The notes under the pieces are model-generated. The model was not told the origin of the DNA, made no database searches, and saw nothing but the letters and a program-made list of their open reading frames with translations. A program made the position numbers and the translations under genes. Shown piece after piece: positions 14,941-23,225 of a stretch of DNA of 32,000 bases. Source of the DNA: Candidatus Nanopusillus sp. (GTDB taxonomy: Archaea > Nanobdellota > Nanobdellia > Nanobdellales > Nanobdellaceae); assembly GCA_046533775.1 (NCBI GenBank), contig JAWDOO010000005.1, positions 1 through 32,000 of the forward strand, in the 5' to 3' direction. Positions within the stretch are counted from its first letter, which is position 1, and each line of letters opens with the position of its first letter.

Positions 14941-16710
14941 ACTCATTAAATTATCTGGATTATTATAGTACATATTCATAATTTCTGCAATCTTTCTATA
15001 ATTTCTTATGTTATTTTCTAACATATATTCTAATACCCTTATTTTAAATTTAAAGTTAGTTTCTATATCACTTTTACTCCAATTTCTAATTTCAGCAATT
15101 TTATTTAATACATAACTCTCGCCTAGTATATATGAATCATCTTTAGGATTCCATTTAAATGAAATTATCCTATCAACATCCTTTTTTTCTTTATTAAATC
15201 CAAGTATTTCATATATTTTATCTACCCTTCTTACATATTTTCCTTGATATCTCAATCTCTTAAGAAATATAACTCCATCTAATACTTCTAATAAAGATGG
15301 AGGTAAATTAATTGGAGGAGATAATAATCTATCCATTAATGCTTCAAAACTTTCTGCATGTATAGTACCCAAACCAGCATGACCTGTTGCCATTGCCTGG
15401 AATAATATATAAGCTTCCTCACCTCTTACCTCACCTACAATTATATAATCTGGTCTCTGTCTCAAAGCAGCTTTTAATAGATCAAACATAGTAACTTCAC
15501 CATATCTATTTGGACCATATCCTGGCCTTGAAACTTCCGATAACCAGTTTGGATGTGGTAACTTTAATTCTGCAGTATCTTCTATTGATATTATCTTTTT
15601 CTCCGGTTTAATAAATAGAGATATTGCATTTAAGAATGACGTTTTACCTGTAGCAGTTCCTCCAGCTATTAATAATGATCTTCCCTCTTCTATTAATGTC
15701 CATAAATATGCTAACATATTAAAGTCGGCAGTTCCATATAATAATAGATCAATAGGTGTGAATGGATCTTCTGTAAATTTTCTAATTGTAAATGAGGACC
15801 CCCTCCTAGAAATATCTTTTCCAAAGGTTATTTGAATTCTTGCTCCATTGGGTAAAGCAGCATCTAATAAAGGATTTGCAACAGAAACAATCCTTCCAGT
15901 TCTTACAGATAACTTTATTACAAAATTATCCAATTCTTCATCAGAATTAAATTGTAAATTTGTTTTTATTTCACCTATTAATGGGTTTCTATGGAATATA
16001 TATATTGGATAATTTATACCTGTACAAGATATATCTTCTATTAATGGATCTCTCATTAATGGATCTATTATTCCATAACCAATTGTGTCCCTTATTATGT
16101 AATATAATATATATGGTAATTTATTTGGATCTATTTTATATCCTTTTTCTTTTATTATATTTAAAGATTGTTTTATTATATAATTTTTCATATATTCTTC
16201 ATTTTTTTCCATTCCTAAAGGAAATTCGGATGTTCTAGCTAAATCATCAATTATTGAATTTATAATTTTCCTATCATTTTCATATATAGTAGGTTCTATT
16301 ACATGATATACAAGTTCTCCATATTCATTATCCCATGATATATCTGCATATGCAAATATATATTCTCTACCAAGAATATTCATCTTTGTTAGTGGATATC
16401 TAAATTGATTTATATTTTCATTTTTTCCATATAATTCTATAAAAAATTTAAGTTTATCTCTTTCAGTAATTTTTTTATTTTCTGAAGGTATATTAACCAA
16501 ACTTATATTATAAACTTTTTTGTTTCTTTTTTTCTTTTTTCTTTTTTCATATTTATTATTAGTTAATGGTATATAAATTGGTTGATATTCTTTATTTGTA
16601 CTCTCTACGATATTTATCTTCTCATTTCTTTCATTTAATTTTCTTTTTATTTCAATCTTTTTTCTTATTATATCTAGAACATCATCAATAATATCATAAA
16701 CATTGTTCAT
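14926..16710 (-). CDS. Type II/IV secretion-family ATPase, archaeal FlaI(ArlI)/PilB-like
   Basis: 594 aa. Walker A AGGTATGKTSFLNA, IISIEDTAEL, Asp/Walker B box PDYIIVGEVRGEEA, His box TGHAGLGTIHAES. The N-terminal domain (YHVIEPTIYENDRKIINSIIDDL) is typical of FlaI-like proteins and carries an unusual KRKKKKRNKK insert. Confidence 0.88.
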   Translation of the reverse strand: MNNVYDIIDDVLDIIRKKIEIKRKLNERNEKINIVESTNKEYQPIYIPLTNNKYEKRKKKKRNKKVYNISLVNIPSENKKITERDKLKFFIELYGKNENINQFRYPLTKMNILGREYIFAYADISWDNEYGELVYHVIEPTIYENDRKIINSIIDDLARTSEFPLGMEKNEEYMKNYIIKQSLNIIKEKGYKIDPNKLPYILYYIIRDTIGYGIIDPLMRDPLIEDISCTGINYPIYIFHRNPLIGEIKTNLQFNSDEELDNFVIKLSVRTGRIVSVANPLLDAALPNGARIQITFGKDISRRGSSFTIRKFTEDPFTPIDLLLYGTADFNMLAYLWTLIEEGRSLLIAGGTATGKTSFLNAISLFIKPEKKIISIEDTAELKLPHPNWLSEVSRPGYGPNRYGEVTMFDLLKAALRQRPDYIIVGEVRGEEAYILFQAMATGHAGLGTIHAESFEALMDRLLSPPINLPPSLLEVLDGVIFLKRLRYQGKYVRRVDKIYEILGFNKEKKDVDRIISFKWNPKDDSYILGESYVLNKIAEIRNWSKSDIETNFKFKIRVLEYMLENNIRNYRKIAEIMNMYYNNPDNLMSLVGF

Positions 16711-16741
16711 ATATTTAATGAAAACTTGGAAAAATATAAAT

Positions 16742-17122
16742 TTAACTTAGATATAAAATAGAATTTGAAGAATAATTATTATATTGTAAAAAGAAAGAGT
16801 TCAAACCCTGACCATAGATAGGATGAAAATAAGAATTATTATTCAAATTTATTGATAATAAATTTCCATTATAAGATATATATACAAAGTTATTAATCGC
16901 ACTTATTGAAAATTTATAATTTTGTGAAGGTTGACAAAAAAGATTTGCATTATATAGATAAGAATAATATATACAAAACTCAACATTTGATTCTATATAA
17001 TTTAAAACTATTTTATCGTAATTTAATGGATTTGTTATATGATTAAAATATAAAATCATTGATTGAGAAATAAAAAATAATATTAAAGTTATTAATACAA
17101 TTTCTATTGCATTTACTGGCAT
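16742..17122 (-). CDS. Small pilin-like / secreted protein with N-terminal hydrophobic helix
   Basis: 126 aa. MPVNAIEIVLITLILFFISQSMILYF, then an Asn/Tyr/Ser-rich, charge-poor domain with 2 Cys. Its ATG shares one base with the stop of the upstream 280-aa gene (TAATG at 17122). Confidence 0.55.
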   Translation of the reverse strand: MPVNAIEIVLITLILFFISQSMILYFNHITNPLNYDKIVLNYIESNVEFCIYYSYLYNANLFCQPSQNYKFSISAINNFVYISYNGNLLSINLNNNSYFHPIYGQGLNSFFLQYNNYSSNSILYLS

Positions 17123-17964
17123 TATACAATAGAAGCTTGTACATAATAATATACTAATTGATTACAAACAGTAGAATTTGGATTATTAACAATACTTAAT
17201 CCATTATATTGCAAGTTTACATTAATAGAATTTCCATTTGTTGTAATTGATGTCTGCCCTGTTGGTTCTATTATTATCCATTCACATTGTCCATTTTGAG
17301 GATTATATATTGGTCTACATGATATCTGATATTGTATAACTCTACCTAATTGGGTTGCTGAAAGTAAACATTCCGGATAATATGATACCCCAGCTATTCC
17401 AATATTATATTGAGGAATAAATAATACACTATTATTCTGAACATTTATATCAAAATCAAAATATTGTGTTATAACGTTATTAGTATTTACTAAAGGCAAT
17501 ATTAGAGTATTATTATTTATATCTTGTATTATTATATTAGAAGAATTTACTTTAACTACAAGATTTGGAATTCCACATAATTGAATAGAATTATAACCTG
17601 ATGATGGTATTGGAATTGAATTATTAACATCACATGGAATATATATATTGTAATTTATTGGAACTACAGAGATAGATGGATTATAGTAAATTGCAGGCGA
17701 CTGAAATGAATATTGAATTAAATTATTATATATACTCAAAGAACCCTTAGGTAAATTTAATGTAACCGTTTGAGATCCTCTGCTTTGAACAACAGATGGT
17801 ATAGCTTCTACCAAAGAAGTTAATTGATTCTGAATATCATTTACTGTAGAACTAATTTGAGATTTTTGTATTAGCGGTATACCCCATTCATATATTCCTA
17901 TTGACAAACCAACTACAATAAGTCCCAACAATAAATAACCAATAAGCTGAGATTGTAATTTCAT
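17122..17964 (-). CDS. Large pilin-like / surface protein with class-III-signal-like N-terminus
   Basis: 280 aa. MKLQSQLIGYLLLGLIVVGLSIGIYEWG, then an Asn/Ser/Gln/Ile/Tyr-rich domain with very few Lys/Glu, 6 Cys and many N-x-S/T sequons. TATA-like TTAATAAA ends 22 nt upstream of the ATG. Confidence 0.6.
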   Translation of the reverse strand: MKLQSQLIGYLLLGLIVVGLSIGIYEWGIPLIQKSQISSTVNDIQNQLTSLVEAIPSVVQSRGSQTVTLNLPKGSLSIYNNLIQYSFQSPAIYYNPSISVVPINYNIYIPCDVNNSIPIPSSGYNSIQLCGIPNLVVKVNSSNIIIQDINNNTLILPLVNTNNVITQYFDFDINVQNNSVLFIPQYNIGIAGVSYYPECLLSATQLGRVIQYQISCRPIYNPQNGQCEWIIIEPTGQTSITTNGNSINVNLQYNGLSIVNNPNSTVCNQLVYYYVQASIV

Positions 17965-17996
17965 TTTATAAAGATATTAAAAAAATTTATTAATTT

Positions 17997-18548
17997 TTAT
18001 ATCCTTTTGTTATAACTTTGCATTGATGAACTTATATAACTTGTACTTTGATTAACTTTTATACTCTCTATTTGTTTCTTAAGATTATCTAATAATTCTG
18101 CCACTTTTAGATTGGCTTTTTCTAAGTTTTCTATTCTCTTTATTAACTCTATATTATCTTCATTTGTTTCTTTTTCTTTTGGCCTTAATAAAGCAGCTTC
18201 TTTAAATATATCAAATAAATTCTTTATTTCTTTATATAAATTATTTGTAACAACCACCAATTCCGATATTTTTGCCTGTAAGTCTATATTACTTTTTATC
18301 AATGAATTTACAATTTCCTTATAAAATGAAGTATCTATGTTTGATTGAGCATAATACATTTGAGCTTGAGCTTCTTTTTTAATTATTTGATTTGTCTCAG
18401 ATGGAGTTGAAACTTGCCTTTTTATTTCTTCAATATTATTCTTTAATTCACTTTTTAATGTAGCTAAATCGTCCTTTAAATTTTCTATCTCTTCAACCAA
18501 TTTTTCAACAGGATCTGTTGGCATAAGTTCATACTCTGACGATGACAT
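17997..18548 (-). CDS. Hypothetical 183-aa coiled-coil protein
   Basis: Heptad-rich segments (VEKLVEEIENLKDDLATLKSELKNNIEEIKRQ; IELIKRIENLEKANLKVAELLDNLKKQIESIK). It has its own TTTATAAA box (18571-18578), 23 nt upstream of the ATG. No recognisable catalytic motif. Confidence 0.55.
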   Translation of the reverse strand: MSSSEYELMPTDPVEKLVEEIENLKDDLATLKSELKNNIEEIKRQVSTPSETNQIIKKEAQAQMYYAQSNIDTSFYKEIVNSLIKSNIDLQAKISELVVVTNNLYKEIKNLFDIFKEAALLRPKEKETNEDNIELIKRIENLEKANLKVAELLDNLKKQIESIKVNQSTSYISSSMQSYNKRI

Positions 18549-18588
18549 AAAAAAATAAAAAATTTTGATATTTATAAACTTTTAAAAA

Positions 18589-20250
18589 CTATTCTTCAAT
18601 TTCTCCTTCTTCTCCTGATTTATTTGATGATCCTTCTCCGCCAGTTGATTTTCCTACTGCAGCAATAACATCATCTATCTTCAATACCATTATAGCAGCT
18701 TCTACTGCAGACTTTATAGCTTGTATAGTTATATTTGCTGGTTCTATTACATTTTTCTCCCACATATCTCTAACTTTGCCTTCAATTGCATCAATTCCAG
18801 CCCATTTTTTACCTTGTTCATGCAATGCTCTTAATTGTGTCATTGCTTCTATGGTATCCATACCAGCATTTTCTGCCAATGCAGCTGGTATTGCTTCTAA
18901 TGCATCTGCAAATGCTAACATTGCCATTTGTACTTTTGATGATTCCTTTTTAGCTTCTTTTCTTATTCCTTCTGCTAATTCCATTTCCAATGCACCACCT
19001 CCAGCAATCACTTTTCCATATCTAATTACTGTTGCAACATCTTTAATTGCATCGTTTATAGATCTTTCAATCTCATCTGCAACATGCTCAGATCCGGCTC
19101 TTATTAATATTGTAACAGCCTTTGGATTTTTACATCCAGTTATAAATATCATATTTTCATCTGCAACTTTTTTCTCTTCAACCAATTCCGCATATCCCAA
19201 ATCATTTTCTGATAATTCATCAATGGAATTTATGATTTTTCCACCAGTTGCTTTCGCTATTTTTTCCATATCTGATTTTTTAACTCTCCTTACTGCTAAT
19301 ATTCCATATTTTGCCAAATAATAAGCTGCTAAATCGTCGACTCCCTTTTGTACAAATACAACATTTGCTCCTACTTCTTTTATCTTTTCTACCATTTTCT
19401 TTAATATTTCCCTTTCTTTATTCAAAAATTGTTCTAATTGATCTGGAGAAGATATATTTATCCTAGCATCCGTTTCTGTTTCTTTAATTTCAATAGCATC
19501 ACCTATTAATGCTATCTTTGCATTTGAAACAACCTTTGGCATTTCTCCATGTATTTTTTCTTTATCTATTACTATTCCATCTATTAATGATGTTTCTTCT
19601 ACACCACCACCTATTTTCTTTTCAATCTTTAATGAATCAAGATCTACAATTATTTTCTTTTCTCCACTTGATAGTTCTACAACATCTGTTACTTTTCTAA
19701 CAGCATCAACAATTATTTTTGCTAATCTATCTGAATAAATTGATGCTATTTTTGATGATAATGCAGACTTTGCAACCTTTATTAATGTTTCTTCATCATC
19801 CATTGATACATTTTGAGCCAATTTATTTACTAATTCTTCAGCAATAACTGCTGCTTTATTATAACCTTCTATAATAACTGTTGGATGTATATTTTTATCT
19901 AATAATTCATCTGCTCTCTTTAATAATTCACCTGCCAAAACTGTAGATCTTTTAGTACCATCACCAACTTCTTTATCTTGTGTTTTTGCTATTTCTATTA
20001 TTAACTTAGCAGCTGGATGCTCAACATGCATTTGATCCAATATTGTTGCTCCATCATTTGTAACAGTTATATCTCCCAATTCATCTACTAACATTTTATC
20101 CATTCCTCTTGGTCCTAAAGATGTTTTTAATATTTCTGATACTAATACAGCTGCCATGATGTTTGATCTCATTGCTTCCCTGCCTATTGTTCTCGCATAT
20201 TTTTCTGGAGATAATACAACAGGATATAATCCCTTTTTATCTTCTGCCAT
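18589..20250 (-). CDS. ths: Thermosome subunit (group II chaperonin)
   Basis: 553 aa. LGPRGMDKMLVD, ITVTNDGATIL, EVGDGTKRSTVLAGELL, VIAGGGALEMEL, and a C-terminal Gly/Glu-rich tail. Confidence 0.95.
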   Translation of the reverse strand: MAEDKKGLYPVVLSPEKYARTIGREAMRSNIMAAVLVSEILKTSLGPRGMDKMLVDELGDITVTNDGATILDQMHVEHPAAKLIIEIAKTQDKEVGDGTKRSTVLAGELLKRADELLDKNIHPTVIIEGYNKAAVIAEELVNKLAQNVSMDDEETLIKVAKSALSSKIASIYSDRLAKIIVDAVRKVTDVVELSSGEKKIIVDLDSLKIEKKIGGGVEETSLIDGIVIDKEKIHGEMPKVVSNAKIALIGDAIEIKETETDARINISSPDQLEQFLNKEREILKKMVEKIKEVGANVVFVQKGVDDLAAYYLAKYGILAVRRVKKSDMEKIAKATGGKIINSIDELSENDLGYAELVEEKKVADENMIFITGCKNPKAVTILIRAGSEHVADEIERSINDAIKDVATVIRYGKVIAGGGALEMELAEGIRKEAKKESSKVQMAMLAFADALEAIPAALAENAGMDTIEAMTQLRALHEQGKKWAGIDAIEGKVRDMWEKNVIEPANITIQAIKSAVEAAIMVLKIDDVIAAVGKSTGGEGSSNKSGEEGEIEE

Positions 20251-20271
20251 ATATATATTATATATATAAGA

Positions 20272-20283
20272 CTTATAAGTTTT
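20272..20283 (-). promoter_or_regulatory. BRE/TATA box AAAACTTATAAG upstream of the thermosome gene
   Basis: The minus strand reads AAAACTTATAAG. The box ends 22 nt before ATG 20250. Confidence 0.5.
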
Positions 20284-20301
20284 GGACAGAAAAATTTTTT
20301 A

Positions 20302-20805
20302 TTAATTTGATTTTTCCTTATTTTCTATTAATCTTTTTATTTCTCTTATTATATTATTAATATCTTCTTCTTTATTGTTATAAAAAACATAATATTCTTT
20401 TTTCATTTCCTCTAATTCATCTTCTATAACTTCAAGGTTCATCGCCCATATATTTGTAAAAATCTTATTATATGGATAATTTCTTTCCTTTGATAATCTC
20501 TCATATAGTATATTTGGGTCTGTTTTTATAACAATATATAAATCTCCTTTATCATACAAATGTGAAAAATTTCCTTCTATAATAATATATTTACTATTTA
20601 AATTTCTTATATAATTATCAATTTCTTTAAATAACTTATCTTCATCTACTATATATGTTTGTTCAGCTTCATCATATTCTTCATATAAATTATTTTTAAT
20701 TGCAAAATCATATATATCAATTAAAACAGCATTTATTTCTCTTGCCAATCTCTTTGCTATTATACTTTTTCCAACACCGGGTACTCCTGTTATACAAATA
20801 ATCAT
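20302..20805 (-). CDS. Fap7/AK6-type adenylate kinase-like NTPase (small-subunit rRNA maturation factor)
   Basis: 167 aa. P-loop MIICITGVPGVGKS, IIIEGNFSH, DLYIVIKTDPNILYERLSKERNYPYNKI. ATGA-type overlap with the upstream regulator gene. Confidence 0.75.
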   Translation of the reverse strand: MIICITGVPGVGKSIIAKRLAREINAVLIDIYDFAIKNNLYEEYDEAEQTYIVDEDKLFKEIDNYIRNLNSKYIIIEGNFSHLYDKGDLYIVIKTDPNILYERLSKERNYPYNKIFTNIWAMNLEVIEDELEEMKKEYYVFYNNKEEDINNIIREIKRLIENKEKSN

Positions 20806-21548
20806 TTCTTTCTTATTACAAATTCTGTTTTTGGATCTTTATATAATGTAGATTTATTTATTGCCATCATGGGTATCCCAAAAAGAGTACTTAATAATCC
20901 CTCAAAATATCCTTCCATGAAATATTCTTTTATTTCTACATTTTTTTCCTTTAATATATCTTCTATATCTTTTAATACTAATGATTCTATAGATGAACTT
21001 AATGTAATTAAGAAATCTAATGCTTTAATATCAATAAATATATCTTCTATTTTTCCAAAACCAAATTTCTCAGTCAACTTAATTATTTCTTTTAGATAAT
21101 CTTCATTTAAAACTCTCTCTATTCCAGAATACATCTTATATGTAGTAGAAATTATAATACCAAATCTTTTTCCGGAATCTCTAATGAAATTTAGATTATT
21201 TATTTCTAAGGCTTGTAAATATAAAACCTGAAATATTTCTGATGGAATTATTAAGAATTTTATATCAGAAATACTATAAAATTCATTTTTATCTTTTCTA
21301 ATTAATCTTATTATTGGTGTATTTCCATGAATCATCTCTAAAAAGTTTACATCTTCATTTATATACCATATTTTTGCTTTTCCAACAACCCTATAATTTA
21401 AATATCCCCTCTCCTTTAATATTTCAAGATGTTTAGATAATGTAATTCTATTAATATTTAAGATCTTTGATAGTTCAGATATTGTTAATCCATAAGCATT
21501 CTGTTTAAGAACTTCCAATAATTTCTCATCCATATCATTAGTACTCAT
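20802..21548 (-). CDS. Winged-helix transcriptional regulator with C-terminal ligand-binding-like (possibly V4R-like) domain
   Basis: 248 aa. wHTH: LLEVLKQNAYGLTISELSKILNINRITLSKHLEILKERGYLNYRVVGKAKIWYI. The C-terminal MEGYFEGLLSTLFGIPMMAINKSTLYKDPKTEFVIRK loosely fits the V4R pattern but lacks its cysteines. Confidence 0.65.
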   Translation of the reverse strand: MSTNDMDEKLLEVLKQNAYGLTISELSKILNINRITLSKHLEILKERGYLNYRVVGKAKIWYINEDVNFLEMIHGNTPIIRLIRKDKNEFYSISDIKFLIIPSEIFQVLYLQALEINNLNFIRDSGKRFGIIISTTYKMYSGIERVLNEDYLKEIIKLTEKFGFGKIEDIFIDIKALDFLITLSSSIESLVLKDIEDILKEKNVEIKEYFMEGYFEGLLSTLFGIPMMAINKSTLYKDPKTEFVIRKK

Positions 21549-21566
21549 TAATATTTTTTAGAATTA

Positions 21567-21583
21567 GAAAATTTATATATATT
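21567..21583. promoter_or_regulatory. BRE/TATA box AGAAAATTTATATATAT shared by the divergent regulator and secreted-protein genes
   Basis: TTTATATA (21572-21579) is 22 nt from ATG 21601 (+) and 24 nt from ATG 21548 (-), in a 52-bp spacer. Confidence 0.55.
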
Positions 21584-21600
21584 TATCAAAAGATTAATAT

Positions 21601-22233
21601 ATGAAAAGAGAAAAAGTTATTAATTTATTAATTTTGGTCATAGCTTTTATTATTTTAGTATTAATAATAACTATCAAAGCTAGAATAATAAATTATACAA
21701 ATAATATTAACAGCGATCAGACATATATATATACAAATTCAAATAATATAACAATTGCTGGACCATATAATATTACACAATTAGAATTTATACCAATATA
21801 TTCAAATATAAGTTTATATAATTCATTAAATAACTATAAATATCAACTATTTATTTTTGATCCAACATTAAGTGGATATTACAATGCAGAAATCCTCTAT
21901 ATATTAATATATTTATTAAAATATAATAGAAATTTAATATATGCATGTTCTTTCTACTATAGTAGTTCTGGATGCAAATATTTTCTAGAAAATAATAGTA
22001 TAAACAATGATTATATTTTTTTATATACTACATATAATAATAATGAAAATTTGACATATCTTCTACCAAGAAATGAAACATTATTAATATATTTATTACC
22101 AACAAACAATTCTTATGGAATAATATTTAATAATCAAAACAATACAGTTATTATATATAATAATAATAGTATAATTGCTGAGGAAATGGCTGAAAAATTT
22201 ATATTGTACTATTATGGAATTATCAATAGTTAA
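21601..22233 (+). CDS. Hypothetical membrane-anchored/secreted Asn/Tyr-rich protein with many N-glycosylation sequons
   Basis: 210 aa. N-terminal anchor MKREKVINLLILVIAFIILVLIITI, then a charge-poor Asn/Tyr/Ile/Ser-rich sequence with repeated N-x-S/T (NIT, NIS, NNS, NLT, NET, NNT) and a Cys pair (YACSFYYSSSGC). Confidence 0.55.
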   Translation: MKREKVINLLILVIAFIILVLIITIKARIINYTNNINSDQTYIYTNSNNITIAGPYNITQLEFIPIYSNISLYNSLNNYKYQLFIFDPTLSGYYNAEILYILIYLLKYNRNLIYACSFYYSSSGCKYFLENNSINNDYIFLYTTYNNNENLTYLLPRNETLLIYLLPTNNSYGIIFNNQNNTVIIYNNNSIIAEEMAEKFILYYYGIINS

Positions 22234-22672
22234 GGGAATATTAAATTATCAGTTTGGAGATAATATTGGAGATAAAATAATTGAAAAATATAAAGAAAAA
22301 ATAAAAATTGAAAAAAGCAAAAAAACTGGAAGAATAAGAAGAATATATATAAATGGTAAATTATTTGGAACAATAGAACCAACAACAGGATTTATTATAT
22401 TAACATTTTATGGAGGATTAATAGTAAAAGAACTATTAAAATTTCCAAAGTATAGGATTGTTGTAAAAGATGAAGCAGCAAAATTTATAAGAGAAGGAAA
22501 ATCTGTATTTAATAAATTTGTTGAGAATTTAGATGAAAATATATTGCCAAGGGATATTGTATTAATAGTAGATAAAAATGATAATCTACTAGCAATAGGA
22601 GAAAGTCTATTGTCTGGAAAAGAAATTAGAGATTTTAAAATTGGAGTTGCTGCAAAAGTAAAAAATGTTTGA
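22214..22672 (+). CDS. Stand-alone ArcTGT C-terminal-like module (C2 + PUA domains)
   Basis: MELSIVKGILNYQFGDNIG...KKTGRIRRIYINGKLFGTIEPTTGFIILTFYGG...RIVVKDEAAKFIREGKSVFNKFV...RDIVLIVDKNDNLLAIGESLLSGKEIRDFKIGVAAKVK follows the yQFG / kTGrir / GksVFakfV / PUA pattern of the C-terminal part of archaeosine tRNA-guanine transglycosylase. I chose ATG 22214 over the track start at 22175. Confidence 0.7.
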   Translation: MELSIVKGILNYQFGDNIGDKIIEKYKEKIKIEKSKKTGRIRRIYINGKLFGTIEPTTGFIILTFYGGLIVKELLKFPKYRIVVKDEAAKFIREGKSVFNKFVENLDENILPRDIVLIVDKNDNLLAIGESLLSGKEIRDFKIGVAAKVKNV

Positions 22673-23225
22673 ATATATAATAAAAAAATATTATAGTAAA
22701 TTAATAGATTATGCAAAAAGGAATAAAATATTAAGAAAAGAATTAATTTTATTTATATTTTTTGCAAATATGTTAATATATTCAATACCACTATTTTTAT
22801 TTAGCTATTATTATATTGTCTTACCATATAATTTTTTGATAAATTATTCTGAATTTATATCAAAAATATTATATTATTCTCATTTAAATTTCATATTAAA
22901 AAGTAATGTTATATATATAAAAAATATAAGTTTTATAATAGATCAGGAATGTACTGGCTTTAAATCAATATTTGGTATATTTTCTCTAATATTTTCTACA
23001 CCTATATTAAATATAAAGAAAAAAATATTTTATTTCATTATTTTTTCCCCAATATTGTTTATATTAAATATATTTAGATTATGGTCTGTCTTTTATTTTT
23101 ATTATTTTTTTAATGTTAATCCTTATTTTTTACACAATTTTTTATGGGAGATATTTACAACATTATTTTTAATTATTTTTTGGCTAATATTCTTAATAAA
23201 AAATAAAAAGGAATTATTCGTTTAA
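22665..23225 (+). CDS. Small archaeosortase/exosortase-family membrane protein
   Basis: 186 aa, polytopic. Conserved-Cys motif IIDQECTGFKSIFGIF (Cys96, codon 22950-22952), Arg motif LFILNIFRLWSV (Arg138) and a downstream His (YFLHNFLWE), as in exosortase/archaeosortase families. Confidence 0.65.
   Translation: MFEYIIKKYYSKLIDYAKRNKILRKELILFIFFANMLIYSIPLFLFSYYYIVLPYNFLINYSEFISKILYYSHLNFILKSNVIYIKNISFIIDQECTGFKSIFGIFSLIFSTPILNIKKKIFYFIIFSPILFILNIFRLWSVFYFYYFFNVNPYFLHNFLWEIFTTLFLIIFWLIFLIKNKKELFV

Noticed and set aside
16500-16560. Long T/C homopolymer-rich tract (plus strand) as a possible slippery or frameshift site or terminator inside the FlaI-like ATPase gene.
   Set aside because: The reading frame is continuous through it, encoding KRKKKKRNKK, and the downstream protein is in frame and conserved. 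No frameshift is needed. It is noted only as an unusual insert within the pilus-locus finding.
18776-19321. 181-aa ORF on the plus strand, antisense to the thermosome gene. Similar antisense track ORFs: 574-768, 2040-2255, 5655-6092, 6183-6380, 6659-6859, 8738-9169, 9518-9733, 15960-16238, 18112-18324, 19509-19700, 20163-20360, 20869-21099, 22408-22716, 26185-26487, 26234-26605, 26656-26886, 28252-28512, 30983-31207, 31174-31431.
   Set aside because: All lie entirely inside well-supported genes on the opposite strand. Their translations are low-complexity (Leu/Phe/Ile/Ser-rich) with no motifs, and they lack a TATA-like box at the standard 22-23 nt distance. They are shadow ORFs created by the codon bias of the real gene.
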